Shown one piece after another: positions 19,292 through 28,752 of a stretch of 64,000 nt of DNA. How positions within the stretch are numbered: position 1 is the first letter of the stretch; each line of letters opens with the position of its first letter. The DNA lies in sequence record MF360958.1. One strand, written 5' to 3'. Both the position numbers and the translations under genes were made by a program. A model generated the notes under the pieces. The model searched no databases. It was not told where the DNA came from and saw nothing but the letters and a program-made list of their open reading frames with translations.

Positions 19292-19639
19292 ATGTATGCC
19301 GATGAGGTTATTACAATACTCGAAGATGGTAATATAGATGCGCATATTATGGATGATGAAGTTATTTATTCATTAATCACTACTGATCCTTGTACGTCTA
19401 TGCTTATGATCAAAAATCTTAATGATGATCATAAGTATTATGCGTTGGAATGTTATCCATTCTCTATAGTGTTCATGCATGAACCTTGTGATGATTTACA
19501 ACTCTATGCTTTAGGAAACAATTGGACAGAAACTTTCTATGAATTTCTAATGAAGGAATGTGAACGGTATGATGAAGATTATTTTCATAACCGAATAAAA
19601 CGTTTAAAGTTAAAACATGGCCCATTAGTAGATTCTTGA
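19292..19639 (+). CDS. KLKL-tail family member 2 (start revised to ATG 19292)
   Basis: LQLYALGNNW...FY...FHNRIKRLKLKHGP; GGAG RBS. Confidence 0.75.
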   Translation: MYADEVITILEDGNIDAHIMDDEVIYSLITTDPCTSMLMIKNLNDDHKYYALECYPFSIVFMHEPCDDLQLYALGNNWTETFYEFLMKECERYDEDYFHNRIKRLKLKHGPLVDS

Positions 19640-19665
19640 CAAAATATAAATTAATAAGTTATAAT
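19636..19665 (+). promoter_or_regulatory. Sigma70-like early promoter TTGACA-N18-TATAAT
   Basis: Consensus hexamers read directly. Confidence 0.7.
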
Positions 19666-19695
19666 TAACTGTATAGTTAATTGGGAGATAAAGAT

Positions 19696-19995
19696 ATGTC
19701 TGATATTGGTGGAAAAATTCATAACATGCAAGAAAATCATGGAAATATCAATCAACTAATTGCACAAGTTGAAGATCAAAATACTAAGGAACTTATCAGG
19801 AAAGCCTATAAAGAAGGTTTTCGTGATGCTCGTCATCAAGCACAAGAAGTACTCATTCCTTTTGATAGTGCTGTAGATGATCTTGTTGAGATCGTAAGGG
19901 CCATTGTTGATGAGCCGATAATTAATCTACATGCATTAGGAAATGTGCCTTCTGCTTCGCAAACTCTGCATAACTTTAATCAATCGGTTAGGTAA
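19696..19995 (+). CDS. Hypothetical protein (start ATG 19696)
   Basis: GGAG RBS; coherent ORF. Confidence 0.65.
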   Translation: MSDIGGKIHNMQENHGNINQLIAQVEDQNTKELIRKAYKEGFRDARHQAQEVLIPFDSAVDDLVEIVRAIVDEPIINLHALGNVPSASQTLHNFNQSVR

Positions 19996-20008
19996 TAAAG
20001 GAAAAATC

Positions 20009-20953
20009 ATGGAACTTTCAAACAGTCTAAAAAAGCGTTTTGTAAAAGATCATAAACTTCCTATTACGGTTCTTCAGGAACCGTATTTTTCGTATTATAT
20101 CGATCTTTTAGATCCTTATTATGATACGTATAGGTTGCTATCGCAGTATAAAGATTACTGTAATCGTTTTGAAACACAGGAAGGCATTTTTGAAGATTTT
20201 CAAAATGTAACACAAACTATTATTGATTGTGTTAAGTCAACGAATGCTTATGAACTGTTCACACGGTTTGATATGAGTAGCTATCAAACATCAAACCCCG
20301 TAAGTAAAACGTCATTCTATAATGGGGATAGTCCAAGTATTCGCAACTTTCTAAGCATTGATCTCAAAAAAGCCAACTTTCAGGCATTGAAATTTTTCGA
20401 TCCTGAATTGGTTCTTGGTTATGATACATATGAGGGCTTTATTGAAAAGGCTTATGGGGATAGTATTCATCCTCATGTCAAGAACAGTAAACAAATTCGT
20501 CAGGTTATCTTTGGTAATCTTAATCCGAAGCGTCAACAAACCATTCAAAAGTACCTTATGGGTAAAATGGTTGATGTCCTAATGGATATGGGCATTACTG
20601 AAGACGATCTTATGATTTCTTCTCCTGATGAAATCATTGTTGATGATATGGATGAAACTATTGATATTGATAAAATTATTCAAAACTATCCTCATGAGAT
20701 TGAATTCCATATGGATCATTTTATGCTGTATCGCATCCATGAAGATTATAACTATTTTGTTAAAATCTATACAGATCATAGTAGACTTGATGGTGATCTT
20801 GGGGTAAACGCGAATTTTTATGAACTCAAAAATGTTCCTGCACCGCATATTGCTGAAACGATCAAGTATCTGTTCAATAAGGAAGTTAATGAATACGACA
20901 AGACATTTTACATGGAAGGTAGATTAGCACAATATAAGGATAATCTTTTCTGA
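20009..20953 (+). CDS. Hypothetical protein with polymerase palm-like motifs (start revised to ATG 20009)
   Basis: FLSIDLKKANF / KQIRQVIFGNL / SPDEIIV resemble polymerase motifs A/B/C; assignment tentative. Confidence 0.6.
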   Translation: MELSNSLKKRFVKDHKLPITVLQEPYFSYYIDLLDPYYDTYRLLSQYKDYCNRFETQEGIFEDFQNVTQTIIDCVKSTNAYELFTRFDMSSYQTSNPVSKTSFYNGDSPSIRNFLSIDLKKANFQALKFFDPELVLGYDTYEGFIEKAYGDSIHPHVKNSKQIRQVIFGNLNPKRQQTIQKYLMGKMVDVLMDMGITEDDLMISSPDEIIVDDMDETIDIDKIIQNYPHEIEFHMDHFMLYRIHEDYNYFVKIYTDHSRLDGDLGVNANFYELKNVPAPHIAETIKYLFNKEVNEYDKTFYMEGRLAQYKDNLF

Positions 20954-20960
20954 AGAACTA

Positions 20961-20986
20961 AAAAAACCGGGAATTCCCGGTTTTTT
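20961..20986. terminator. Bidirectional terminator
   Basis: Palindrome AAAAAACCGGGAATTCCCGGTTTTTT between convergent genes. Confidence 0.85.
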
Positions 20987-21006
20987 TATGATTTATGAAA
21001 TGGTAA

Positions 21007-21360
21007 TTAATCGTCTTTTTTGACCTCAACCAGAACGCCTTTATCCTGATCCATTAGATACCGCTCGCCGTGATGACGAACTTCCAGAATGTCATCAAGG
21101 TTAATACGACGATGAGCACCTTTTTTACCAACCTTTTCAATTTTGTTCATATCATAACATGTAAGAACGTTATGTTGAGCATCTTGATTTGCTCGGTTCC
21201 AAGAACCATTTGTTCCTTCATCGTTTTTAACACCTTTTGAGACACGACGGCGCGCATTCATGGTGCGTTCTTCACCGTTGGTACGCTTAATAAACCGTAC
21301 TGTGAACGTATTGTTATCATCAACAGCGTTTACGAATTCTTGAACGGTTTGAGTTTTCAT
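21007..21360 (-). CDS. Small phage protein, SH3/WYL-like fold
   Basis: FTVRFIKRTNGEERTM...YD...RRINLDDI pattern; visibly GC-richer than flanks. Confidence 0.65.
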   Translation of the reverse strand: MKTQTVQEFVNAVDDNNTFTVRFIKRTNGEERTMNARRRVSKGVKNDEGTNGSWNRANQDAQHNVLTCYDMNKIEKVGKKGAHRRINLDDILEVRHHGERYLMDQDKGVLVEVKKDD

Positions 21361-21441
21361 GGTTAAGTTTTCTCTTTCGTTGACTATGTGTATATTATAT
21401 AAAACTAGAATTTAAAAGTCAATAGGAATATTGGATATTTG

Positions 21442-21449
21442 TATAAATA
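21442..21449 (+). promoter_or_regulatory. Late promoter TATAAATA
   Basis: Exact consensus upstream of 21483. Confidence 0.65.
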
Positions 21450-21482
21450 TTATTAGAATAATTAAAAATATAATAAGGAACA

Positions 21483-22064
21483 ATGATTATTATGTCTATG
21501 AGAAAACATATTGATTTAATAGAAAATGTGCAAAATTCAACTAATACAAATCAAAAAGTATCACTTACTGAAGATGATATAAGAGAAATAACTACAGACT
21601 TAAAAAATGATTTAATGAGAGCTGTAAAAAAACTTACTAATAAAGTTTCTGAAAAACTAAATTCATTATTTAAAGGTAAATTGTTTAAAAATAAATTACC
21701 CGGCATTCCTATGAGTAAAGCAATAGATTTATACAGTATGTTTGTTGGTGAAGGTTCAAATTACGAATATTACATGCATTTAAGTGATCGTGATGTAGAA
21801 AAATTTAAAAAAGAAGTAAAACAGTATGACATGGAATATACAACTGAAGATAATATGGATTTATTTTATGGCGCTATACATGTTACTTCTGATTTGGAAC
21901 ATAGGTTTTATAGAGCGTATAAAATTCCAGTCGCAAATTATATAGGAGCTTTTGCTATAACACGCGATAAAGAAACTGGATATGCTAATGCATACGTTAA
22001 ATTATTTAAAAATGTTGATACCGGGGAAGAAGTTTCTTATGATTTTAGGTTTTTCGGTGAATAA
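21483..22064 (+). CDS. Hypothetical late protein, possible head-packaged protein
   Basis: Late promoter; N-terminal MRKHIDLIE leader. Confidence 0.65.
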   Translation: MIIMSMRKHIDLIENVQNSTNTNQKVSLTEDDIREITTDLKNDLMRAVKKLTNKVSEKLNSLFKGKLFKNKLPGIPMSKAIDLYSMFVGEGSNYEYYMHLSDRDVEKFKKEVKQYDMEYTTEDNMDLFYGAIHVTSDLEHRFYRAYKIPVANYIGAFAITRDKETGYANAYVKLFKNVDTGEEVSYDFRFFGE

Positions 22065-22556
22065 TAAGCATTTTATAGAAGTGTATACTGCCTACTGTAA
22101 AGACGAAACATTCTCCAAAGAATGCTATCCATGCTCCATATACAAACCCGTTCACAATCCATATGAAGGTTGTAAGAAGCATCATAAAACGTAGCTGTAT
22201 ACACCTGAGAACCAAAATAGACCAATGGTTCCTGTGACGCCTGTGAGAGCGGATACCCAATCGACACTTGGTATAATAAATGGAAGGATAATCGATAGTA
22301 TTATAAAAAATATACCTATCATTTTAGATTGTGTTACAAGTGAGGTAAGCACTCTTAATGATGAAAATAACATCATTGCTGCACTTATATACATTCCTAA
22401 GAGGATGAAATAGACAGCACTTATAATACACGATACACATAGAAGCGTTTTAGCATTAACGTCTGTTTTGCTGAATAATGCTAACCCTAAAATGAAAAAT
22501 CCTAGTACACCTATAAGTTCAATATAATAAGAAGCAATAATATCAAGCATGAACAT
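22045..22556 (-). pseudogene. YgjV-family inner-membrane protein, frameshifted by an apparent 2-nt (GT) insertion near 22200
   Basis: Joining the two frames restores ...FWFSG-IQLRFMMLLTTFIWIVNGFVYGAWIAFFGE, in register with YgjV G..MR...W..HN..GS..E; about 169 aa when repaired. Confidence 0.6.
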
Positions 22557-22586
22557 ACTTTACTATATTTTAACAGTATGTTCAAC

Positions 22587-22766
22587 TTATTCCTTACTAA
22601 TATAATTATTGAAATAAAATTGTAGAACGTTTCTCATTCTGGCGAGTTTAATAAAAGCAAAACGTGAAGTTTTAACCATTATTTCTGCTTCACGCAGAGC
22701 ATCTAAGTGATTTTTATTTTCTTCAATTATTTCATTACTTCCTCTTAATATATCATTAATTTTCAC
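22587..22766 (-). pseudogene. 59-aa internally deleted remnant of an ART-like array gene (below the ORF-track cut-off)
   Basis: GTG start: VKINDILRGSNEIIEENKNHLDALREAEIMVKTSRFAFIKLARMRNVLQFYFNNYISKE; family N-terminus fused to the type-B EIM.K..RF C-terminus. Confidence 0.7.
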
Positions 22767-22779
22767 ACTATACCTAAAT

Positions 22780-23679
22780 TCATTCGTTTAAAATGTATAC
22801 CTTCCAGTAATAATTAATTATCTTATCTATTCTAAATTGTGGTATCAAAACAAATTGTTCGGTTTTGATCATTATTTCCTTGTCACGAGGAATATTACTT
22901 ATATCATCTGTGATTTCAATATTCTCAATATATTCATTAAACATTTTTAAATAATCGTTAATAACAAACATAAAGCTACTATAAATGATATCGATTATGT
23001 CTTCATCATTAGTAATATGCTTTTTAATAACAGTTTTTATTTTCTTTTCCTCTAGCGAATATCGATTAATATAATCTATTAATTTATAAATATCACCCCG
23101 TAGTGTAAGTAAGAATTCATTTTTGAAAAAATCTGAATTAATATTTTTATTACTTTTAAGCATTGTTTGTCTTATTTCATTAATAATATGTTCTACATCT
23201 ATAACGTCAGATATACTATATTGAGCAGCAAAATCTCTTATATAAGGATTATAATAATATGTTGTATTCCCAACGGGTATTATATAGTACGGTTCGCCAT
23301 ATTCTAGTACCCTATGTTTATTTTTATAAGAGAATAATAAACTTCTAACTGGTTCCCCTATTTCATCTTTCGCAATACTGTTAACATAATTATGAATAAA
23401 TGGTTGTGTATCTTTTGGTGAACGTCTATATTTAAATTCATTTATTACGGGATTGTTATAAACTTTTTCTCGACCATGAAATAAATTATTTTGATTTAAC
23501 TCATCTAAAAGTTTTCCTAGTTTATTATCATATTCTTTAGAACTCGTATCTGTAGTGCTTAAACCTTTTAAATATTTTTCTATTAAAGGTTTATAATTTT
23601 GTTGAAAGAATTGAGTGTTAAATATAAACTCGTATTTTTCTTTTAGGTTATCTTCTTTTAAAATATCATTAACTTTCAT
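22780..23679 (-). CDS. ADP-ribosyltransferase-like protein, type B copy 3
   Basis: MKVNDILKE leader; LFHG; R..PKDT..IHN.VN; VRSLLF...EYGEPY; KEIMIKT.QFVL. Confidence 0.6.
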   Translation of the reverse strand: MKVNDILKEDNLKEKYEFIFNTQFFQQNYKPLIEKYLKGLSTTDTSSKEYDNKLGKLLDELNQNNLFHGREKVYNNPVINEFKYRRSPKDTQPFIHNYVNSIAKDEIGEPVRSLLFSYKNKHRVLEYGEPYYIIPVGNTTYYYNPYIRDFAAQYSISDVIDVEHIINEIRQTMLKSNKNINSDFFKNEFLLTLRGDIYKLIDYINRYSLEEKKIKTVIKKHITNDEDIIDIIYSSFMFVINDYLKMFNEYIENIEITDDISNIPRDKEIMIKTEQFVLIPQFRIDKIINYYWKVYILNE

Positions 23680-24637
23680 AACCTTCCCTTCTTTTTATTT
23701 CATCCACCACATCATCAAAAGCAAATCTATTAATAAACAATGTTTCTTTTGTATCAAGCATACATTCTGAATAAAGATAAATATCATTTACATTTTGTGT
23801 AGATTTAATAGTATCAATGTAATTTTCTTTTATATTAGTATAAAAGTAACTTTTAATAAATTCTATTATATTATTTTGTTCATCATCCATAATTTCAATG
23901 ATTAAATCTTCAACATAGCTATATAAAATAGTATCGTTCTTACTATCCGATATATTAGGTTTAAATAAATGATTATACATACCTTTAGATATAGATTGCT
24001 TAATAGTATTATAAGAAGATTGTTCCCCTTTAATAGCACGTGAATAATGATTAGAATGGAATGGTATGTAAAATTTTCGAAATGAGGAATCGTTAGAAAG
24101 GTTTGAAATAATATCATTAACATTATGAGTCAAGTATTGGTTTAGTTTGTATTTTGTCTTTGATGTGGATTTCTTGATATATTTTGTGATTTTGTAATAA
24201 ATGTCTTTATATAATTCTTTAAAATCAAGAACATTATCTTTATCATTATAAAAGTCATCTATTTGATCTGAATAGTATATTGTATAATCATATAATGGAA
24301 TAATAACATATTCGAATTCGCCATATATATTAGCTCTAGCCGGTGTTGAAGAAACGAAAAGTTTACTTCTTATTTTTGAACCAAATTCTTTCTCAGACAA
24401 TTCATTAACAATATTATGGATTGTCGGTTCGGTATCACGTGGTTTTTCTCTATCAGTAATGTCGTGTAGTGCGTAAATACCCACATCTTTATCAGTACCA
24501 TGATATAAATTTTTTCCATTGATCATATTCTGTTTGTTAATATTGTAAAATTTTGTATCTTGAATGATATCCATCACTTCATTGATTTCGTCTTTACTCA
24601 ATTTATTTTTACTTTCAAATAGTTGCTTAATTTTCAT
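23669..24637 (-). CDS. ADP-ribosyltransferase-like protein, type A copy 3
   Basis: MKIKQLFE leader; LYHGT; REKPRDT; IRSKLFVSSTPARANIYG; YSECMLD. Confidence 0.62.
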   Translation of the reverse strand: MKIKQLFESKNKLSKDEINEVMDIIQDTKFYNINKQNMINGKNLYHGTDKDVGIYALHDITDREKPRDTEPTIHNIVNELSEKEFGSKIRSKLFVSSTPARANIYGEFEYVIIPLYDYTIYYSDQIDDFYNDKDNVLDFKELYKDIYYKITKYIKKSTSKTKYKLNQYLTHNVNDIISNLSNDSSFRKFYIPFHSNHYSRAIKGEQSSYNTIKQSISKGMYNHLFKPNISDSKNDTILYSYVEDLIIEIMDDEQNNIIEFIKSYFYTNIKENYIDTIKSTQNVNDIYLYSECMLDTKETLFINRFAFDDVVDEIKRREGYES

Positions 24638-25549
24638 TGTTGGTCCTTTATATAATGTTCTAGATAATACTTACCAAGCTCAAAAAATAAATCGGTAGGT
24701 TCTTCAATTCTATTTTCCATTGCTAACAATACAAATCGATTCGTTTTTGCCATAACTTCTACATCATCAGGAATATTAGCCATGTTTTTTGTTGTATCAA
24801 CATCTTCCAGATAATCATTTAATAATTCACGTTTGTTCTCAAATATTGATTTGATATGATTAAAAGCGCCTTCAATGTATTTTTTTTTCAATATCATACT
24901 TTTTCATTCTTTTATAGATGTTTTTTAATGATTCATCAGAAAAATCATCTGTGTTTTGTTCTATATAAAATCTAATATCATTAATAAAATCAATTAATAA
25001 TCTTCGTGTTTCTTTATTTTCATGTTCATTTGAATATTTAAAAATAGCTTTAATCCAATCAGGATAGTTCAATGTATTACTTGATAAATTAAGATCAACT
25101 GTTAAATCATTAATATTTTTATTATAGAAGAATTTCGCATGATCTATTGGAAAAAATATATATGGTTCTCCATATTCTGCTGCGTTATGTATGCTATTTG
25201 TTATATAGAATAAATTTCTTATAGGTTCACCTAGTAATTGTTTTGATTCCTTATTTATATGATTATGAAATAAGACCATCGAATCTTTAGGCATTTGTCG
25301 ATAACGAAAAGTTAATATTTTGTTAGTATATTCCTCCGGTTTTTGTGAACCATGATAAAAGAGATGATCTGTTAAGTTATCGTTGAAAGATAAACTTTTA
25401 AGTTTCTTAATTAAATTATCTGAACTTAATTCTTTATCATATATCGGTTTTAAATAAGTTTGAAAATAATCACCTTCGATGATAGTTTTAAATATATCAT
25501 TAATATTGTCTTCATTATTGTTTTCTATAAGTATATCGTTAATCTTCAT
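24634..25549 (-). pseudogene. ADP-ribosyltransferase-like protein, type B copy 2, split by a +1 frameshift at an A9 run (24880-24888)
   Basis: True start MKINDILIE at 25549; FYHGS, PKDS, EYGEPY in ORF 24872-25576; EVMAKTNRFVL in ORF 24634-24897; A8 would give one 304-aa protein. Confidence 0.7.
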
Positions 25550-26510
25550 TTGTATAATCTCTAATAATATCTTCAATAATATCTGCGTATAAACTTGGTT
25601 TTAAGAATAAAGCCTGTTTTGCATCTAAAATAGATTCTGAAAAATAATCTAAATTCTCAATCTTTTGTGTAGTTTCTATTGTTTCTATATATTTTTTATC
25701 GATATTAGTAACAAAATGATTTTTTATAATTTTGTATATAGTGTCATTTAAAGAATAAATAGTATCTTTTAAAAGTTGTTCAAATAGTTTTAAAGCTTCA
25801 ATAATTTCGTTTTCTTTATCATTATCATCTATATCATCTATATCATCAGCAAAAGTATTTTTAAATAAATCTGTGATTTTACTTACTACTAGATTTTTAG
25901 GTAGTGTTCCTGTTCTTAAAATTTCTATATAATTTTGAGGACTTATTATAGATAAATCTTCAAGGAAACTATCTTTATTATCATCTATAATTTTATTAAA
26001 ATCTTTGTTGATAAGTTTTGAAATATCGTTTACATATTGATGTTTTGTTAAAGCATCATATATTTTTTCAAATATTAAAGATTCTAGTTCATCATAATTT
26101 ATAATAATGCTCAAGTCAGCATAAAGATCACGAATATTGTTTGATTGATAAATGTTATAATCTCCTAGCGGAATGATTTTATAAGTATTAATTCCATAAC
26201 TAGAAGCAATAGAATTATTAGGTGTAATGAATAGTTTATTACGTATCTTTATACCAAAATGCTGTTTAGAAAGTTCATTAACAATATCGTGAATAACAAC
26301 GTCAGTATCTTTAGGTTGGGAACGTTCTGTAATATCAATGATATCCATATTAGATAATGTTACGTCAGTACCGTGATGTAATGCATTACCATCTTTAATA
26401 GATTCAAAATTATTAGTGAAATAATTGCTGTTTACAATAAGATCTTTATAATAATAAAAGTCTTCGTTACTTATAGAATCGTTCTCTTTTAACAGATCAT
26501 TAATCTTCAT
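25539..26510 (-). CDS. ADP-ribosyltransferase-like protein, type A copy 2
   Basis: MKINDLLKE; LHHGT; RSQPKDT; IRNKLFITPNNSIASSYG; FSESILD. Confidence 0.62.
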   Translation of the reverse strand: MKINDLLKENDSISNEDFYYYKDLIVNSNYFTNNFESIKDGNALHHGTDVTLSNMDIIDITERSQPKDTDVVIHDIVNELSKQHFGIKIRNKLFITPNNSIASSYGINTYKIIPLGDYNIYQSNNIRDLYADLSIIINYDELESLIFEKIYDALTKHQYVNDISKLINKDFNKIIDDNKDSFLEDLSIISPQNYIEILRTGTLPKNLVVSKITDLFKNTFADDIDDIDDNDKENEIIEALKLFEQLLKDTIYSLNDTIYKIIKNHFVTNIDKKYIETIETTQKIENLDYFSESILDAKQALFLKPSLYADIIEDIIRDYTNED

Positions 26511-27412
26511 TATTGTTCCTTTATATAGTTTTCAAAATAATATTTTCCTAAAGGTACAAAAACATCATCTTCTGAACCAATAGTTGGTAAAAGTATAAAA
26601 CGATTAGGCTTGGCCATAACTTCACCTTCTTCGGGTATACTTGCGATACTATCCGTTTTCTTTATAAATCCTATATAATTGATAACTTTATCACGAAAGT
26701 ATTCTATACGTTTTTCAACATATCGAGCTATATAATCTGCATAATTTTCATCTAAACCAAAGTCTTGATATATTGAATAGATATACTTCTTTACTTTCTC
26801 AACAGAATCTTTTGATAATGTAATATCATCATTCTCTAATATATATTCCATTATTTGTTTTCTAAACGGCATTGTTTTGTCTGATTTTTTAATAGGTTCA
26901 TCATAAAATTCATGAAATTTAAATAAATTTTGAGCATCAAATGTTATTGTAAAATCAGATATATTAGGATTATAATAGAATTCACATTCATCTATAGGAA
27001 AAAATGCGTAGAATGAACCATACTCTGTTGCTTCTGATAATTCTTTAGTTAAGAATAAAAGACTTCTTACAGCTTCGCCTAGTTTTTCTTTGCTTAGCTC
27101 ATTAACATAGTTATGAATAAATTTAAGTGTATCTTTAGGTTGTTTGCGATATTTAAATGTTAATACTTTATTACTGTATTCTTTATCAAACATTCCATGT
27201 AATATATAGTGTTTAGATAATTCCTTCATTAAATTTTCATTATGTAGTGCTGTTTCAATAGAATTACTGTCTGAAGATTTTTCATTTTTTAAATACCTAT
27301 CATATATAGGTTTCAAGTAATTTTGAAAATAGTAACCATCAATTATTGCTTGATATAAATGATCTTTAGAATCATCTTTTGAATTTTCTTTAAGTATATC
27401 ATTAACCTTCAT
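26510..27412 (-). CDS. ADP-ribosyltransferase-like protein, type B copy 1
   Basis: MKVNDILKE; ILHG; RKQPKDT; VRSLLFLTKELSEATEYG; GEVMAKPNRFIL. Confidence 0.62.
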   Translation of the reverse strand: MKVNDILKENSKDDSKDHLYQAIIDGYYFQNYLKPIYDRYLKNEKSSDSNSIETALHNENLMKELSKHYILHGMFDKEYSNKVLTFKYRKQPKDTLKFIHNYVNELSKEKLGEAVRSLLFLTKELSEATEYGSFYAFFPIDECEFYYNPNISDFTITFDAQNLFKFHEFYDEPIKKSDKTMPFRKQIMEYILENDDITLSKDSVEKVKKYIYSIYQDFGLDENYADYIARYVEKRIEYFRDKVINYIGFIKKTDSIASIPEEGEVMAKPNRFILLPTIGSEDDVFVPLGKYYFENYIKEQ

Positions 27413-28398
27413 TTTGATTTTTTCCTTAAAATTTCCGAAACTATTTGGTTTTTAGCCGTTTTGCTAAGAAACAATACAGATTCAGAATCAATTATACATT
27501 CGGAGTGGTAATCTAATTCAGTTACATATTTTGTTTTTTCAATAGTATCAATGTAATTCGTCTGTATAGCATCTTTAAAGTGTTTATTTATAAGCTCGAT
27601 AATATCTTCTTTATTTTGAATCATTATTTTTTGCACTAACGATTCAAGTATTCCGAAAACAGAATCATCACCGCTTCCATCATCATTAGATACATAATCA
27701 TCAAGATTAATGAAATCTGTGAATAACAATTCATTGAATTTTATACTTACGAAATGAGCTAAATCATAGTAGCTTTGTTCATCGCCATTGAGGATAGAGT
27801 GATAAGTACTTGATTTATGATTAAATAAATATTTATTAAAATACTGATCTTTAACATTTTCCATATAGTTTGAAAAATTAAATTTTAATATTTCACTAAT
27901 ACTTTGTATTTCTTCATAGTTGTTGTTGATAATGCTTTGATAAACGTACTTATGAATTTTACTAGCGATGTTTTTGTATTGTGATATTTTAAAATCATCA
28001 CCATAAAAATCATCTATAGTGTTTGAATAATAGAGCTGATATGAACCAATAGGGTAAACGATATATTTAAACTTGCCATAAACCACCCCTTGGAATTCAG
28101 AAAGCGTAGTAAATAATTTGTTTCGAATTTCTATACCAAATTGTTGTTTTGACAACTCATTTGCAATATCATGTATAGCTTTATTACTATCACGTGGCTT
28201 CTCGCGATTCTTAATATCAAAGTGGCTGATATTTCCGTGATCTACTGTTGTATTATGATAAAGATTGAAATTGGTATTTTTTAGAATCGTATTTTTATTA
28301 TTTTTATAGAATTCGCTATTCATAATCAAGTCAACAGCATAATCAATTTCCTCCCGAGTTATTTTTTTATTTTCATTCAATAAATTATTGATTTTCAT
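27409..28398 (-). CDS. ADP-ribosyltransferase-like protein, type A copy 1
   Basis: MKINNLLNE; LYHNT; REKPRDS; IRNKLFTT...VYG; HSECIID. Confidence 0.6.
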   Translation of the reverse strand: MKINNLLNENKKITREEIDYAVDLIMNSEFYKNNKNTILKNTNFNLYHNTTVDHGNISHFDIKNREKPRDSNKAIHDIANELSKQQFGIEIRNKLFTTLSEFQGVVYGKFKYIVYPIGSYQLYYSNTIDDFYGDDFKISQYKNIASKIHKYVYQSIINNNYEEIQSISEILKFNFSNYMENVKDQYFNKYLFNHKSSTYHSILNGDEQSYYDLAHFVSIKFNELLFTDFINLDDYVSNDDGSGDDSVFGILESLVQKIMIQNKEDIIELINKHFKDAIQTNYIDTIEKTKYVTELDYHSECIIDSESVLFLSKTAKNQIVSEILRKKSK

Positions 28399-28428
28399 AA
28401 ATTTTTCTCCTAAATTTACATTTAATGG

Positions 28429-28436
28429 TATTTATA
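28429..28436 (-). promoter_or_regulatory. Late promoter TATAAATA driving the ART-like array
   Basis: Exact consensus about 30 nt upstream of the 28398 start, GGAG RBS between. Confidence 0.7.
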
Positions 28437-28446
28437 CCAAATATGC

Positions 28447-28475
28447 TTGCATGAGTTTATAGTTTTTGCTATGAT
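28447..28475 (+). promoter_or_regulatory. Sigma70-like promoter TTGCAT-N17-TATGAT
   Basis: Hexamers read directly; divergent from the late promoter. Confidence 0.55.
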
Positions 28476-28503
28476 ATTATCAATTCGTTAACAGGAGATA
28501 ATT

Positions 28504-28752
28504 ATGAATCTTATCGAAACGGTTCTTATTGAATTTTTTTTGGAAGATGTTGATAAGGATGAATCCGAATTGAAAGAAGAAATCGAAAATATTAATTCTC
28601 AATATAGGGAGATTGATAATTGCTTGCAGTTTGAGCCGGGCAGGCAGTATATGTGTTTAGGTCAAGACGAAATGGGAGATAATATTGTACTCGTATCTAA
28701 ATCTGGCCGGGTTTTTAAACTTCCATACGATGAAGATTATATTCAACAATAA
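28504..28752 (+). CDS. Hypothetical protein, tandem duplicate 1
   Basis: Paralog of 28817-29080 (FLED.D.DESELK.EI..INSQY..ID..LQFEP...YMCLGQ). Confidence 0.8.
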   Translation: MNLIETVLIEFFLEDVDKDESELKEEIENINSQYREIDNCLQFEPGRQYMCLGQDEMGDNIVLVSKSGRVFKLPYDEDYIQQ

